Assembly: GCA_964016885.1 (NCBI GenBank) | Contig: OZ024741.1 | Coordinates: 249,736,001-249,800,000, forward strand | DNA: 64,000 bases | Source of the DNA: Eledone cirrhosa | Taxonomy: Eukaryota | Reading direction: 5' to 3' | In this document: piece after piece, positions 53,001 through 64,000 of the stretch | Layout: each line of letters starts with the position of its first letter | Position numbering within the stretch: position 1 is the stretch's first letter | Program-made: the position numbers and the translations under genes | The notes under the pieces: model-generated | Databases searched by the model: none | What the model was told of the DNA's origin: nothing | Seen by the model: the letters and a program-made list of their open reading frames with translations, nothing else

Positions 53001-56000
53001 AGGGGGAGATAATTTGTAAAAAAAAAATCAGGCGGAGATAATTTGTAAAAAAATCAAGGGGAGATAATTTCCAGCCGTCCAAGGGGAGATAATTTTCAGC
53101 CGTCCAAGGAGAGGTAATTTCTAGCCGTCCAAGGGGAGATAATTTCCAGCCGTCCAAGGGGAGATAATTTTTTTAAAAAAATCAGGCGGAGATAATTTGT
53201 AAACAAAAATCAGGGGGAGATAATTTGTAAAAAAAAATCAGGGGGAGATAATTTGTAAAAAAAATCAGGGGGAGATAATTTGTAAAAAAAATCAAGGGGA
53301 GATAATTTGTAAAAAAAAATCAGGGGTAGATAATTTGTAAAAAAAAATCAGGGGGAGATAATTTGTAAAAAAAAAATCAGGGGGAGATAATTTGTAAAAA
53401 AATCAAGGGGAGATAATTTCCAGCCGTCCAAGGGGAGATAATTTTCAGCCGTCCAAGGAGAGGTAATTTCTAGCCGTCCAAGGGGAGATAATTTCCATCC
53501 AGCCAAGGGGAGATAATTTGTAAAAAAATCAGGGGTAGATAATTTGTAAAAAAAAATCAGGGGGAGATAATTTGTAAAAAAAATCAGGGGGAGATAATTT
53601 GTAAAAAAAATCAGGGGTAGATAATTTCCAGCCGTCCAAGGGGAGATAATTTCCATCCTTCCAAGGGGAGATAATTTCCAGCCGTCCAAGGGGAGATAAT
53701 TTCCCGCCAGCCAAGGAGAGATAACATTTAAAAAAATCAGGCGGAGATAATTTGTAAAAAAAATCAGGGGGAGATAATTTGTAAAAAAATCAGGGGGAGA
53801 TAATTTGTAAAAAAAATCAGGGGTAGATAATTTCCAGCCGTCCAAGGGGAGATAATTTCCATCCTTCCAAGGGGAGATAATTTCCAGCCGTCCAAGGGGA
53901 GATAATTTCCCGCCAGCCAAGGAGAGATAATATTTAAAAAAATCAGGCGGTGATAATTTGTAAAAAAAATCAGGGGGAGATAATTTGTAAAAAAATCAGG
54001 GGGAGATAATTTGTAAAAAAAAATCAGGGGAGATAATTTGTAAAAAAAATCAGGGGGTGATAATTTGTAAAAAAAATCAGGGGTAGATAATTTGTAAAAA
54101 AAAATCAGGGGGAGATAATTTGTAAAAAAAAAATCAGGGGGAGATAATTTGTAAAAAAATCAAGGGGAGATAATTTCCAACCGTCCAAGGGGAGATAATT
54201 TTCAGCCGTCCAAGGAGGTAATTTCTAGCCGTCCAAGGGGAGATAATTTCCAGCCGTCCAAGGGGAGATAATTTTTTTAAAAAAATCAGGCGGAGATAAT
54301 TTGTAAACAAAAATCAGGGGGAGATAATTTGTAAAAAAAAATCAGGGGGAGATAATTTGTAAAAAAAATCGAGGGGAGATAATTTCCAGCCGTCCAAGGG
54401 GAGGTAATATCTAGCCATCCAAAGGGAGATAATTTCCAGCCGTCCAAGGGGAGATAATTTCCAGCCGTCCAAGGGGAGATAATATCCAGCCGTCCAAGGA
54501 GACATATTTTCCAGCCGTCCAAGGAGAGGTAATTTCTAGCCGTCCAAGGGGAGATAAGTTCCAGCCTCCAAGGGGAGATAATTTCCAGCCAGCCAAGGGG
54601 AGATAATTTGTAAAAAAATCAGGGGGAGATAATTTGTAAAAAAAAAATCAGGGGGAGATAATTTGTAAAAAAATCAGGGGGAGATAATTTGTAAAAAAAA
54701 ATCAGGGGGAGATAATTTGTAAAAAAAATCAGGGGGAGATAATTTGTAAAAAAAATCAGGGGTAGATAATTTGTAAAAAAAATCAGGGGGAGATAATTTG
54801 TAAAAAAATCAGGGGGAGATAATTTGTAAAAAAAATCAGGGGTAGATAATTTCCAGCCGTCCAAGGGGAGATAATTTCCATCCTTCCAAGGGGAGATAAT
54901 TTCCAGCCGTCCAAGGGGAGATAATTTCCCGCCAGCCAAGGAGAGATAATATTTAAAAAAATCAGGCGGAGATAATTTGTAAAAAAAATCAGGGGGAGAT
55001 AATTTGTAAAAAAATCAGGCGGAGATAATTTGTAAAAAAAAATCAGGGGGAGATAATTTGTAAAAAAAATCAGGGGGAGATAATTTGTAAAAAAAAATCA
55101 GGGGTAGATAATTTGTAAAAAAAAATCAGGGGGAGATAATTTGTAAAAAAATCAAGGGGAGATAATTTCCAGCCGTCCAAGGGGAGATAATTTTCAGCCG
55201 TCCAAGGAGAGGTAATTTCTAGCCGTCCAAGGGGAGATAATTTCCAGCCGTCCAAGGGGAGATAATTTTTTAAAAAAATCAGGCGGAGATAATTTGTAAA
55301 CAAAAATCAGGGGGAGATAATTTGTAAAAAAAAATCAGGGGGAGATAATTTGTAAAAAAAAATCAGGGGGAGATAATTTGTAAAAAAAATCAAGGGGAGA
55401 TAATTTCCAGCCGTCCAAGGGGAGGTAATATCTAGCCATCCAAGGGGAGATAATTTCCAGCCGTCCAAGGGGAGATAATTTCCAGCCGTCCAAGGGGAGA
55501 TAATATCCAGCCGTCCAAGGAGACATATTTTCCAGCCGTCCAAGGAGACGTAATTTCTAGCCGTCCAAGGGGAGATAAGTTCCAGCCTCCAAGGGGAGAT
55601 AATTTCCAGCCAGCCAAGGGGAGATAATTTGTAAAAAAATTAGGGGGAGATAATTTGTAAAAAAAAATTAGGGGGAGATAATTTGTAAAAAAAAATCAGG
55701 GGGAGATAATTTGTAAAAAAAAATCAGGGGGAGATAATTTGTAAAAAAAATCAAGGGGAGATAATTTCCAGCCGTCCAAGGGGAGATAATTTTCAGCCGT
55801 CCAAGGAGAGGTAAATTCTAGCCGTCCAAGGAGATATAATTTCCAGCCGTCCAAGGGGAGATAATTTCCAGCCGTCCAAGGGGAGATAATTTTTAAAAAA
55901 AAATCAGGCGGAGATAATTTGTAAACAAAAATCAGGGGGAGATAATTTTTAAAAAAAAATCAGGGGGAGATAATTTGTAAAAAAAAATCAGGGGGAGATA

Positions 56001-59000
56001 ATTTGTAAAAAAAATCAAGGGGAGATAATTTCCAGCCGTCCAAGGGGAGGTAATATCTAGCCATCCAAGGGGAGATAATTTCCAGCCGTCCAAGGGGAGA
56101 TAATTTCCAGCCGTCCAAGGGGAGATAATATCCAGCCGTCCAAGGAGACATATTTTCCAGCCGTCCAAGGAGAGGTAATTTCTAGCCGTCCAAGGGGAGA
56201 TAAGTTCCAGCCTCCAAGGGGAGATAATTTCCAGCCAGCCAAGGGGAGATAATTTGTAAAAAATATCAAGGGGAGATAATTTCCAGCCCTCCAAGGGGTT
56301 ATAATTTCCAGCCGTGCAAGGGGAGATAATTTCCAGCCGTCCAAGGGGAGATAATTTCCATCCTTCCAAGGGGAGATAATTTCCAGCCGTCCAAGGGGAG
56401 ATAATTTCCCGCCAGCCAAGGGAAGATAATTTTTTAAAAAATCAGGCGGAGATTGTAAAAAAAATCAGGGGGAGATAATTTGTAAAAAAAATCAGGGGGA
56501 GATAATTTGTAAAAAAAATCAGGGGGAGATAATTTGTAAAAAAAATCAGGGGTAGATAATTTTCAGCCGTCCAAGGGGAGATAATTTCCATCCTTCCAAG
56601 GGGAGATAATTTCCAGCCGTCCAAGGGGAGATAATTTCCAGCCAGCCAAGGAGAGATAACATTTAAAAAAATCAGGCGGAGATAATTTGTAAAAAAAATC
56701 AGGGGGAGATAATTTGTAAAAAAATCAGGGGGAGATAATTTGTAAAAAAAATCAGGGGTAGATAATTTCCAGCCGTCCAAGGGGAGATAATTTCCATCCT
56801 TCCAAGGGGAGATAATTTCCAGCCGTCCAAGGGGAGATAATTTCCCGCCAGCCAAGGAGAGATAATATTTAAAAAAATCAGGCGGAGATAATTTGTAAAA
56901 AAAATCAGGGGGAGATAATTTGTAAAAAAATCAGGGGGAGATAATTTGTAAAAAAAAATCAGGGGGAGATAATTTGTAAAAAAAATCAGGGGGAGATAAT
57001 TTGTAAAAAAAAATCAGGGGTAGATAATTTGTAAAAAAAAATCAGGGGGAGATAATTTGTAAAAAAAAAATCAGGGGGAGATAATTTGTAAAAAAATCAA
57101 GGGGAGATAATTTCCAGCCGTCCAAGGGGAGATAATTTTCAGCCGTCCAAGGAGAGGTAATTTCTAGCCGTCCAAGGGGAGATAATTTCCAGCCGTCCAA
57201 GGGGAGATAATTTTTTTAAAAAAATCAGGCGGAGATAATTTGTAAACAAAAATCAGGGGGAGATAATTTGTAAAAAAAAATCAGGGGGAGATAATTTGTA
57301 AAAAAAAATCAGGGGGAGATAATTTGTAAAAAAAATCAAGGGGAGATAATTTCCAGCCGTCCAAGGGGAGGTAATATCTAGCCATCCAAGGGGAGATAAT
57401 TTCCAGCCGTCCAAGGGGAGATAATTTCCAGCCGTCCAAGGGGAGATAATATCCAGCCGTCCAAGGAGACATATTTTCCAGCCGTCCAAGGAGACGTAAT
57501 TTCTAGCCGTCCAAGGGGAGATAAGTTCCAGCCTCCAAGGGGAGATAATTTCCAGCCAGCCAAGGGGAGATAATTTGTAAAAAAATTAGGGGGAGATAAT
57601 TTGTAAAAAAAAATTAGGGGGAGATAATTTGTAAAAAAAATCAGGGGGAGATAATTTGTAAAAAAAAATCAGGGGGAGATAATTTGTAAAAAAAATCAAG
57701 GGGAGATAATTTCCAGCCGTCCAAGGGGAGATAATTTTCAGCCGTCCAAGGAGAGGTAAATTCTAGCCGTCCAAGGAGATATAATTTCCAGCCGTCCAAG
57801 GGGAGATAATTTCCAGCCGTCCAAGGGGAGATAATTTTTTAAAAAAAATCAGGCGGAGATAATTTGTAAACAAAAATCAGGGGGAGATAATTTTTTAAAA
57901 AAAATCAGGGGGAGATAATTTGTAAAAAAAAATCAGGGGGAGATAATTTGTAAAAAAAATCAAGGGGAGATAATTTCCAGCCGTCCAAGGGGAGGTAATA
58001 TCTAGCCATCCAAGGGGAGATAATTTCCAGCCGTCCAAGGGGAGATAATTTCCAGCCGTTCAAGGGGAGATAATATCCAGCCGTCCAAGGAGACATATTT
58101 TCCAGCCGTCCAAGGAGAGGTAATTTCTAGCCGTCCAAGGGGAGATAAGTTCCAGCCTCCAAGGGGAGATAATTTCCAGCCAGCCAAGGGGAGATAATTT
58201 GTAAAAAAATCAGGGGGGAGATAATTTGTAAAAAAAATCAGGGGGAGATAATTTGAAAAAAAAATCAGGGGGAGATAATTTGTAAAAAATATCAAGGGGA
58301 GATAATTTCCAGCCCTCCAAGGGGCTATAATTTCCAGCCGTGCAAGGGGAGATAATTTCCAGCCGTCCAAGGGGAGATAATTTCCATCCTTCCAAGGGGA
58401 GATAATTTCCAGCCGTCCAAGGGGAGATAATTTCCCGCCAGCCAAGGGAAGATAATTTTTTAAAAAATCAGGCGGAGATTGTAAAAAAAATCAGGGGGAG
58501 ATAATTTGTAAAAAAATCAGGGGGAGATAATTTGTAAAAAAAAAATCAGGGGGAGATAATTTGTAAAAAAAAATCAGGGGGAGATAATTTGTAAAAAAAA
58601 TCAGGGGGAGATAATTTGTAAAAAAAATCAGGGGTAGATAATTTGTAAAAAAAATCAGGGGGAGATAATTTGTAAAAAAAATCAGGGGGAGATAATTTGT
58701 AAAAAAAATCAGGGGTAGATAATTTTCAGCCGTCCAAGGGGAGATAATTTCCATCCTTCCAAGGGGAGATAATTTCCAGCCGTCCAAGGGGAGATAATTT
58801 CCCGCCAGCCAAGGAGAGATAATATTTAAAAAAATCAGGCGGAGATAATTTGTAAAAAAAATCAGGGGGAGATAATTTGTAAAAAAATCAGGGGGAGATA
58901 ATTTGTAAAAAAAAATCAGGGGGAGATAATTTGTAAAAAAAAATCAGGGGTAGATAATTTCCAGCCGTCCAAGGGGAGATAATTTCCATCCTTCCAAGGG

Positions 59001-62000
59001 GAGATAATTTCCAGCCGTCCAAGGGGAGATAATTTCCCGCCAGCCAAGGAGAGATAATATTTAAAAAAATCAGGCGGAGATAATTTGTAAAAAAAATCAG
59101 GGGGAGATAATTTGTAAAAAAATCAGGGGGAGATAATTTGTAAAAAAAAATCAGGGGGAGATAATTTGTAAAAAAAAATCAGGGGGAGATAATTTGTAAA
59201 AAAAAATCAGGGGTAGATAATTTGTAAAAAAAAATCAGGGTGAGATAATTTGTAAAAGAAAAATCAGGGGGAGATAATTTGTAAAAAAATCAAGGGGAGA
59301 TAATTTCCAGCCGTCCAAGGGGAGATAATTTTCAGCCGTCCAAGGAGAGGTAATTTCTAGCCGTCCAAGGGGAGATAATTTCCAGCCGTCCAAGGGGAGA
59401 TAGTTTTTTTAAAAAAATCAGGCGGAGATAATTTGTAAACAAAAATCAGGGGGAGATAATTTGTAAAAAAAAATCAGGGGGAGATAATTTGTAAAAAAAA
59501 ATCAGGGGGAGATAATTTGTAAAAAAAATCAAGGGGAGATAATTTGTCAAAAAAAATCAGGGGTAGATAATTTGTAAAAAAAAATCAGGGGGAGATAATT
59601 TGTAAAAAAAAAATCAGGGGGAGATAATTTGTAAAAAAATCAAGGGGAGATAATTTCCAGCCGTCCAAGGGGAGATAATTTTCAGCCGTCCAAGGAGAGG
59701 TAATTTCTAGCCGTCCAAGGGGAGATAATTTCCAGCCAGCCAAGGGGAGATAATTTGTAAAAAAATCAGGGGTAGATAATTTGTAAAAAAAAATCAGGGG
59801 GAGATAATTTGTAAAAAAAATCAGGGGGAGATAATTTGTAAAAAAAATCAGGGGTAGATAATTTCCAGCCGTCCAAGGGGAGATAATTTCCATCCTTCCA
59901 AGGGGAGATAATTTCCAGCCGTCCAAGGGGAGATAATTTCCCGCCAGCCAAGGAGAGATAACATTTAAAAAAATCAGGCGGAGATAATTTGTAAAAAAAA
60001 TCAGGGGGAGATAATTTGTAAAAAAATCAGGGGGAGATAATTTGTAAAAAAAATCAGGGGTAGATAATTTCCAGCCGTCCAAGGGGAGATAATTTCCATC
60101 CTTCCAAGGGGAGATAATTTCCAGCCGTCCAAGGGGAGATAATTTCCCGCCAGCCAAGGAGAGATAATATTTAAAAAAATCAGGCGGAGATAATTTGTAA
60201 AAAAAATCAGGGGGAGATAATTTGTAAAAAAATCAGGGGGAGATAATTTGTAAAAAAAAATCAGGGGAGATAATTTGTAAAAAAAATCAGGGGGAGATAA
60301 TTTGTAAAAAAAAATCAGGGGTAGATAATTTGTAAAAAAAAATCAGGGGGAGATAATTTGTAAAAAAAAAATCAGGGGGAGATAATTCGTAAAAAAATCA
60401 AGGGGAGATAATTTCCAGCCGTCCAAGGGGAGATAATTTTCAGCCGTCCAAGGAGGTAATTTCTAGCCGTCCAAGGGGAGATAATTTCCAGCCGTCCAAG
60501 GGGAGATAATTTTTTTAAAAAAATCAGGCGGAGATAATTTGTAAACAAAAATCAGGGGGAGATAATTTGTAAAAAAAAATCAGGGGGAGATAATTTGTAA
60601 AAAAAAATCAGGGGGAGATAATTTGTAAAAAAAATCAAGGGGAGATAATTTCCAGCCGTCCAAGGGGAGGTAATATCTAGCCATCCAAGGGGAGATAATT
60701 TCCAGCCGTCCAAGGGGAGATAATTTCCAGCCGTCCAAGGGGAGATAATATCCAGCCGTCCAAGGAGACATATTTTCCAGCCGTCCAAGGAGAGGTAATT
60801 TCTAGCCGTCCAAGGGGAGATAAGTTCCAGCCTCCAAGGGGAGATAATTTCCAGCCAGCCAAGGGGAGATAATTTGTAAAAAAATCAGGGGGAGATAATT
60901 TGTAAAAAAAAAATCAGGGGCAGATAATTTGTAAAAAAATCAGGGGGAGATAATTTGTAAAAAAAATCAGGGGGAGATAATTTGTAGAAAAAATCAGGGG
61001 TAGATAATTTGTAAAAAAAATCAGGGGGAGATAATTTGTAAAAAAAATCAGGGGGAGATAATTTGTAAAAAAAATCAGGGGTAGATAATTTTCAGCCGTC
61101 CAAGGGGAGATAATTTCCATCCTTCCAAGGGGAGATAATTTCCAGCCGTCCAAGGGGAGATAATTTCCCGCCAGCCAAGGAGAGATAACATTTTAAAAAA
61201 TCAGGCGGAGATAATTTGTAAAAAAAATCAGGGGGAGATAATTTGTAAAAAAATCAGGGGGAGATAATTTGTAAAAAAAATCAGGGGTAGATAATTTCCA
61301 GCCGTCCAAGGGGAGATAATTTCCATCCTTCCAAGGGGAGATAATTTCCAGCCGTCCAAGGGGAGATAATTTCCCGCCAGCCAAGGAGAGATAATATTTA
61401 AAAAAATCAGGCGGAGATAATTTGTAAAAAAAATCAGGTGGAGATAATTTGTAAAAAAATCAGGGGGAGATAATTTGTAAAAAAAAATCAGGGGGAGATA
61501 ATTTGTAAAAAAAATCAGGGGGAGATAATTTGTAAAAAAAATCAGGGGTAGATAATTTGTAAAAAAAAATCAGGGGGAGATAATTTGTAAAAAAAAAATC
61601 AGGGGGAGATAATTTGTAAAAAAATCAAGGGGAGATAATTTCCAGCCGTCCAAGGGGAGATAATTTTCAGCCGTCCAAGGAGAGGTAATTTCTAGCCGTC
61701 CAAGGGGAGATAATTTCCAGCCGTCCAAGGGGAGATAATTTTTTTAAAAAAATCAGGCGGAGATAATTTGTAAACAAAAATCAGGGGGAGATAATTTGTA
61801 AAAAAAAATCAGGGGGAGATAATTTGTAAAAAAAAATCAGGGGGAGATAATTTGTAAAAAAAATCAAGGGGAGATAATTTCCAGCCGTCCAAGGGGAGGT
61901 AATATCTAGCCATCCAAGGGGAGATAATTTCCAGCCGTCCAAGGGGAGATATTTTCCAGCCGTCCAAGGAGAGGTAATTTCTAGCCGTCCAAGGGGAGAT

Positions 62001-64000
62001 AAGTTCCTGCCTCCAAGGGGAGATAATTTCCAGCCAGCCAAGGGGAGATAATTTGTAAAAAAATCAGGGGGAGATAATTTGTAAAAAAAAAATCAGGGGG
62101 AGATAATTTGTAAAAAAATCAGGGGGAGATAATTTGTAAAAAAAAAATCAGGGGGAGATAATTTGTAAAAAAAATCAGGGGGAGATAATTTGTAAAAAAA
62201 ATCAGGGGTAGATAATTTGTAAAAAAAATCAGGGGGAGATAATTTGTAAAAAAAATCAGGGGGAGATAATTTGTAAAAAAAATCAGGGGTAGATAATTTT
62301 CAGCCCTCCAAGGGGAGATAATTTCCAGCCGTCCAAGGGGAGATAATTTCCCGCCAGCCAAGGAGAGATAACATTTAAAAAAATCAGGCGGAGATAATTT
62401 GTAAAAAAAATCAGGGGGAGATAATTTGTAAAAAAATTAGGGGGAGATAATTTGTAAAAAAAATCAGGGGTAGATAATTTCCAGCCGTCCAAGGGGAGAT
62501 AATTTCCATCCTTCCAAGGGGAGATAATTTCCAGCCGTCCAAGGGGAGATAATTTCCCGCCAGCCAAGGAGAGATAATATTTAAAAAAATCAGGCGGAGA
62601 TAATTTGTAAAAAAAATCAGGGGGAGATAATTTGTAAAAAAATCAGGGGGAGATAATTTGTAAAAAAAAATCAGGGGGAGATAATTTGTAAAAAAAATCA
62701 GGGGGAGATAATTTGTAAAAAAAAATCAGGGGTAGATAATTTGTAAAAAAAAATCAGGGGGAGATAATTTGTAAAAAAAAATCAGGGGGAGATAATTTGT
62801 AAAAAAATCAAGGGGAGATAATTTCCAGCCGTCCAAGGGGAGATAATTTTCAGCCGTCCAAGGAGAGGTAATTTCTAGCCGTCCAAGGGGAGAGAATTTC
62901 CAGCCGTCCAAGGGGAGATAATTTTTTTAAAAAAATCAGGCGGAGATAATTTGTAAACAAAAATCAGGGGGAGATAATTTGTAAAAAAAAATCAGGGGGA
63001 GATAATTTGTAAAAAAAAATCAGGGGGAGATAATTTGTAAAAAAAATCAAGGGGAGATAATTTCCAGCCGTCCAAGGGGAGGTAATATCTAGCCATCCAA
63101 GGGGAGATAATTTCCAGCCGTCCAAGGGGAGATAATTTCCAGCCGTCCAAGGGGAGATAATATCCAGCCGTCCAAGGAGACATATTTTCCAGCCGTCCAA
63201 GGAGACGTAATTTCTAGCCGTCCAAGGGGAGATAAGTTCCAGCCTCCAAGGGGAGATAATTTCCAGCCAGCCAAGGGGAGATAATTTGTAAAAAAATTAG
63301 GGGGAGATAATTTGTAAAAAAAAATTAGGGGGAGATAATTTGTAAAAAAAAATCAGGGGGAGATAATTTGTAAAAAAAAATCAGGGGGAGATAATTTGTA
63401 AAAAAAAATCAGGGGGAGATAATTTGTAAAAAAAAAATCAGGCGGAGATAATTTGTAAAAAAATCAAGGGGAGATAATTTCCAGCCGTCCAAGGGGAGAT
63501 AATTTTCAGCCGTCCAAGGAGAGGTAATTTCTAGCCGTCCAAGGGGAGATAATTTCCAGCCGTCCAAGGGGAGATAATTTTTTTAAAAAAATCAGGCGGA
63601 GATAATTTGTAAACAAAAATCAGGGGGAGATAATTTGTAAAAAAAAATCAGGGGGAGATAATTTGTAAAAAAAATCAGGGGGAGATAATTTGTAAAAAAA
63701 ATCAAGGGGAGATAATTTGTAAAAAAAAATCAGGGGTAGATAATTTGTAAAAAAAAATCAGGGGGAGATAATTTGTAAAAAAAAAATCAGGGGGAGATAA
63801 TTTGTAAAAAAATCAAGGGGAGATAATTTCCAGCCGTCCAAGGGGAGATAATTTTCAGCCGTCCAAGGAGAGGTAATTTCTAGCCGTCCAAGGGGAGATA
63901 ATTTCCATCCAGCCAAGGGGAGATAATTTGTAAAAAAATCAGGGGTAGATAATTTGTAAAAAAAAATCAGGGGGAGATAATTTGTAAAAAAAATCAGGGG
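44014..64000. repeat. Tandem duplication of a 10,410-bp unit (~44,014-54,423 then ~54,424 to beyond the window end)
   Basis: ORFs from 44209/54619 to 52679/63089 recur at exactly +10,410 with the same peptides. Variants GGGGTTATAA, GCCGTTCAA and GATAGTTTTTTT are shared. The copies still differ at 44013/54423 (AAGGGG vs AAAGGG). Confidence 0.93.

Larger units (their letters stand above)
1..64000. repeat. Composite tandem satellite array of 25-bp type A and 26-29-bp type B monomers sharing the GGGGAGATAATTT core; roughly 2,400-2,500 monomers (64,000/~26); runs off both window edges
   Basis: Every line consists of CAAGGGGAGATAATTTCCAGCCGTC or CAGGGGGAGATAATTTGT(A)nT or point variants of them, head-to-tail and in the same orientation. 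Confidence 0.99.

Noticed and set aside
849-63274. All minus-strand ORFs (61-268 aa; LDGWKLSPLGRLEIISPWTAGNYLP and TNYLPLIFF repeats)
   Set aside because: These are translations of the satellite. The 25-bp monomer has no minus-strand stop and cycles through all three frames, most starts are TTG from CAA, and frames shift with A-run length. Indels of 25, 26 or 28 bp ignore frame, and there is no recognisable domain.
1-64000. CRISPR-like array (constant core plus variable tail)
   Set aside because: The tails are only two recurring 9-13-nt types rather than unique ~30-nt spacers, and there is no leader or cas gene.
1-64000. G-quadruplex array from plus-strand G4-G5 runs
   Set aside because: The G runs are separated by ~21-24 nt, far beyond canonical 1-7-nt loops, so there is no support from sequence alone.
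1-64000. Embedded transposon, inversion or unique island
   Set aside because: None was seen. No reverse-orientation monomer (AAATTATCTCCCC) or non-repeat stretch was found on reading through.
1-64000. Whole window being a sequencing or assembly artefact, or a synthetic concatemer
   Set aside because: Hierarchically shared private variants and position-specific homopolymer lengths fit a naturally evolved array. Only the 10,410-bp copy needs read validation.
1-64000. Plasmid iterons or prokaryotic origin repeats, or assignment to a named satellite or species
   Set aside because: The scale (over 64 kb, gene-free) is incompatible with iterons, and I do not recognise the monomers, so no name is given.

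Overview
The whole 64-kb window is one uninterrupted, single-orientation satellite array. I found no unique sequence, transposon, RNA gene or credible protein-coding gene. It is built from two monomer classes that share the head CA(A/G)GGGGAGATAATTT. Type A is 25 bp (CAAGGGGAGATAATTTCCAGCCGTC, 52% GC). Type B is 26-29 bp (CAGGGGGAGATAATTTGT-A7..10-T, about 30% GC). The monomers form diagnostic blocks arranged in a 48-monomer, ~1,257-bp higher-order repeat (HOR): A9(Z)-B9-A4(X1)-B4-A4(X2)-B9-A4(Y)-B5. About 51 Z blocks occur, with many deletion and fusion variants of the HOR. The HORs are nested in multi-kb near-identical duplications (offsets 2,075, 2,660, 5,940/5,968, 9,021 and 10,410 bp) and an older ~9-11.6-kb super-unit. 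This architecture is typical of eukaryotic (peri)centromeric or heterochromatic satellite, but the species, family name and function cannot be read from the sequence. All ORFs in the track are translations of the stop-poor minus strand of the repeat. Counts were made by eye and from ORF-track offsets.
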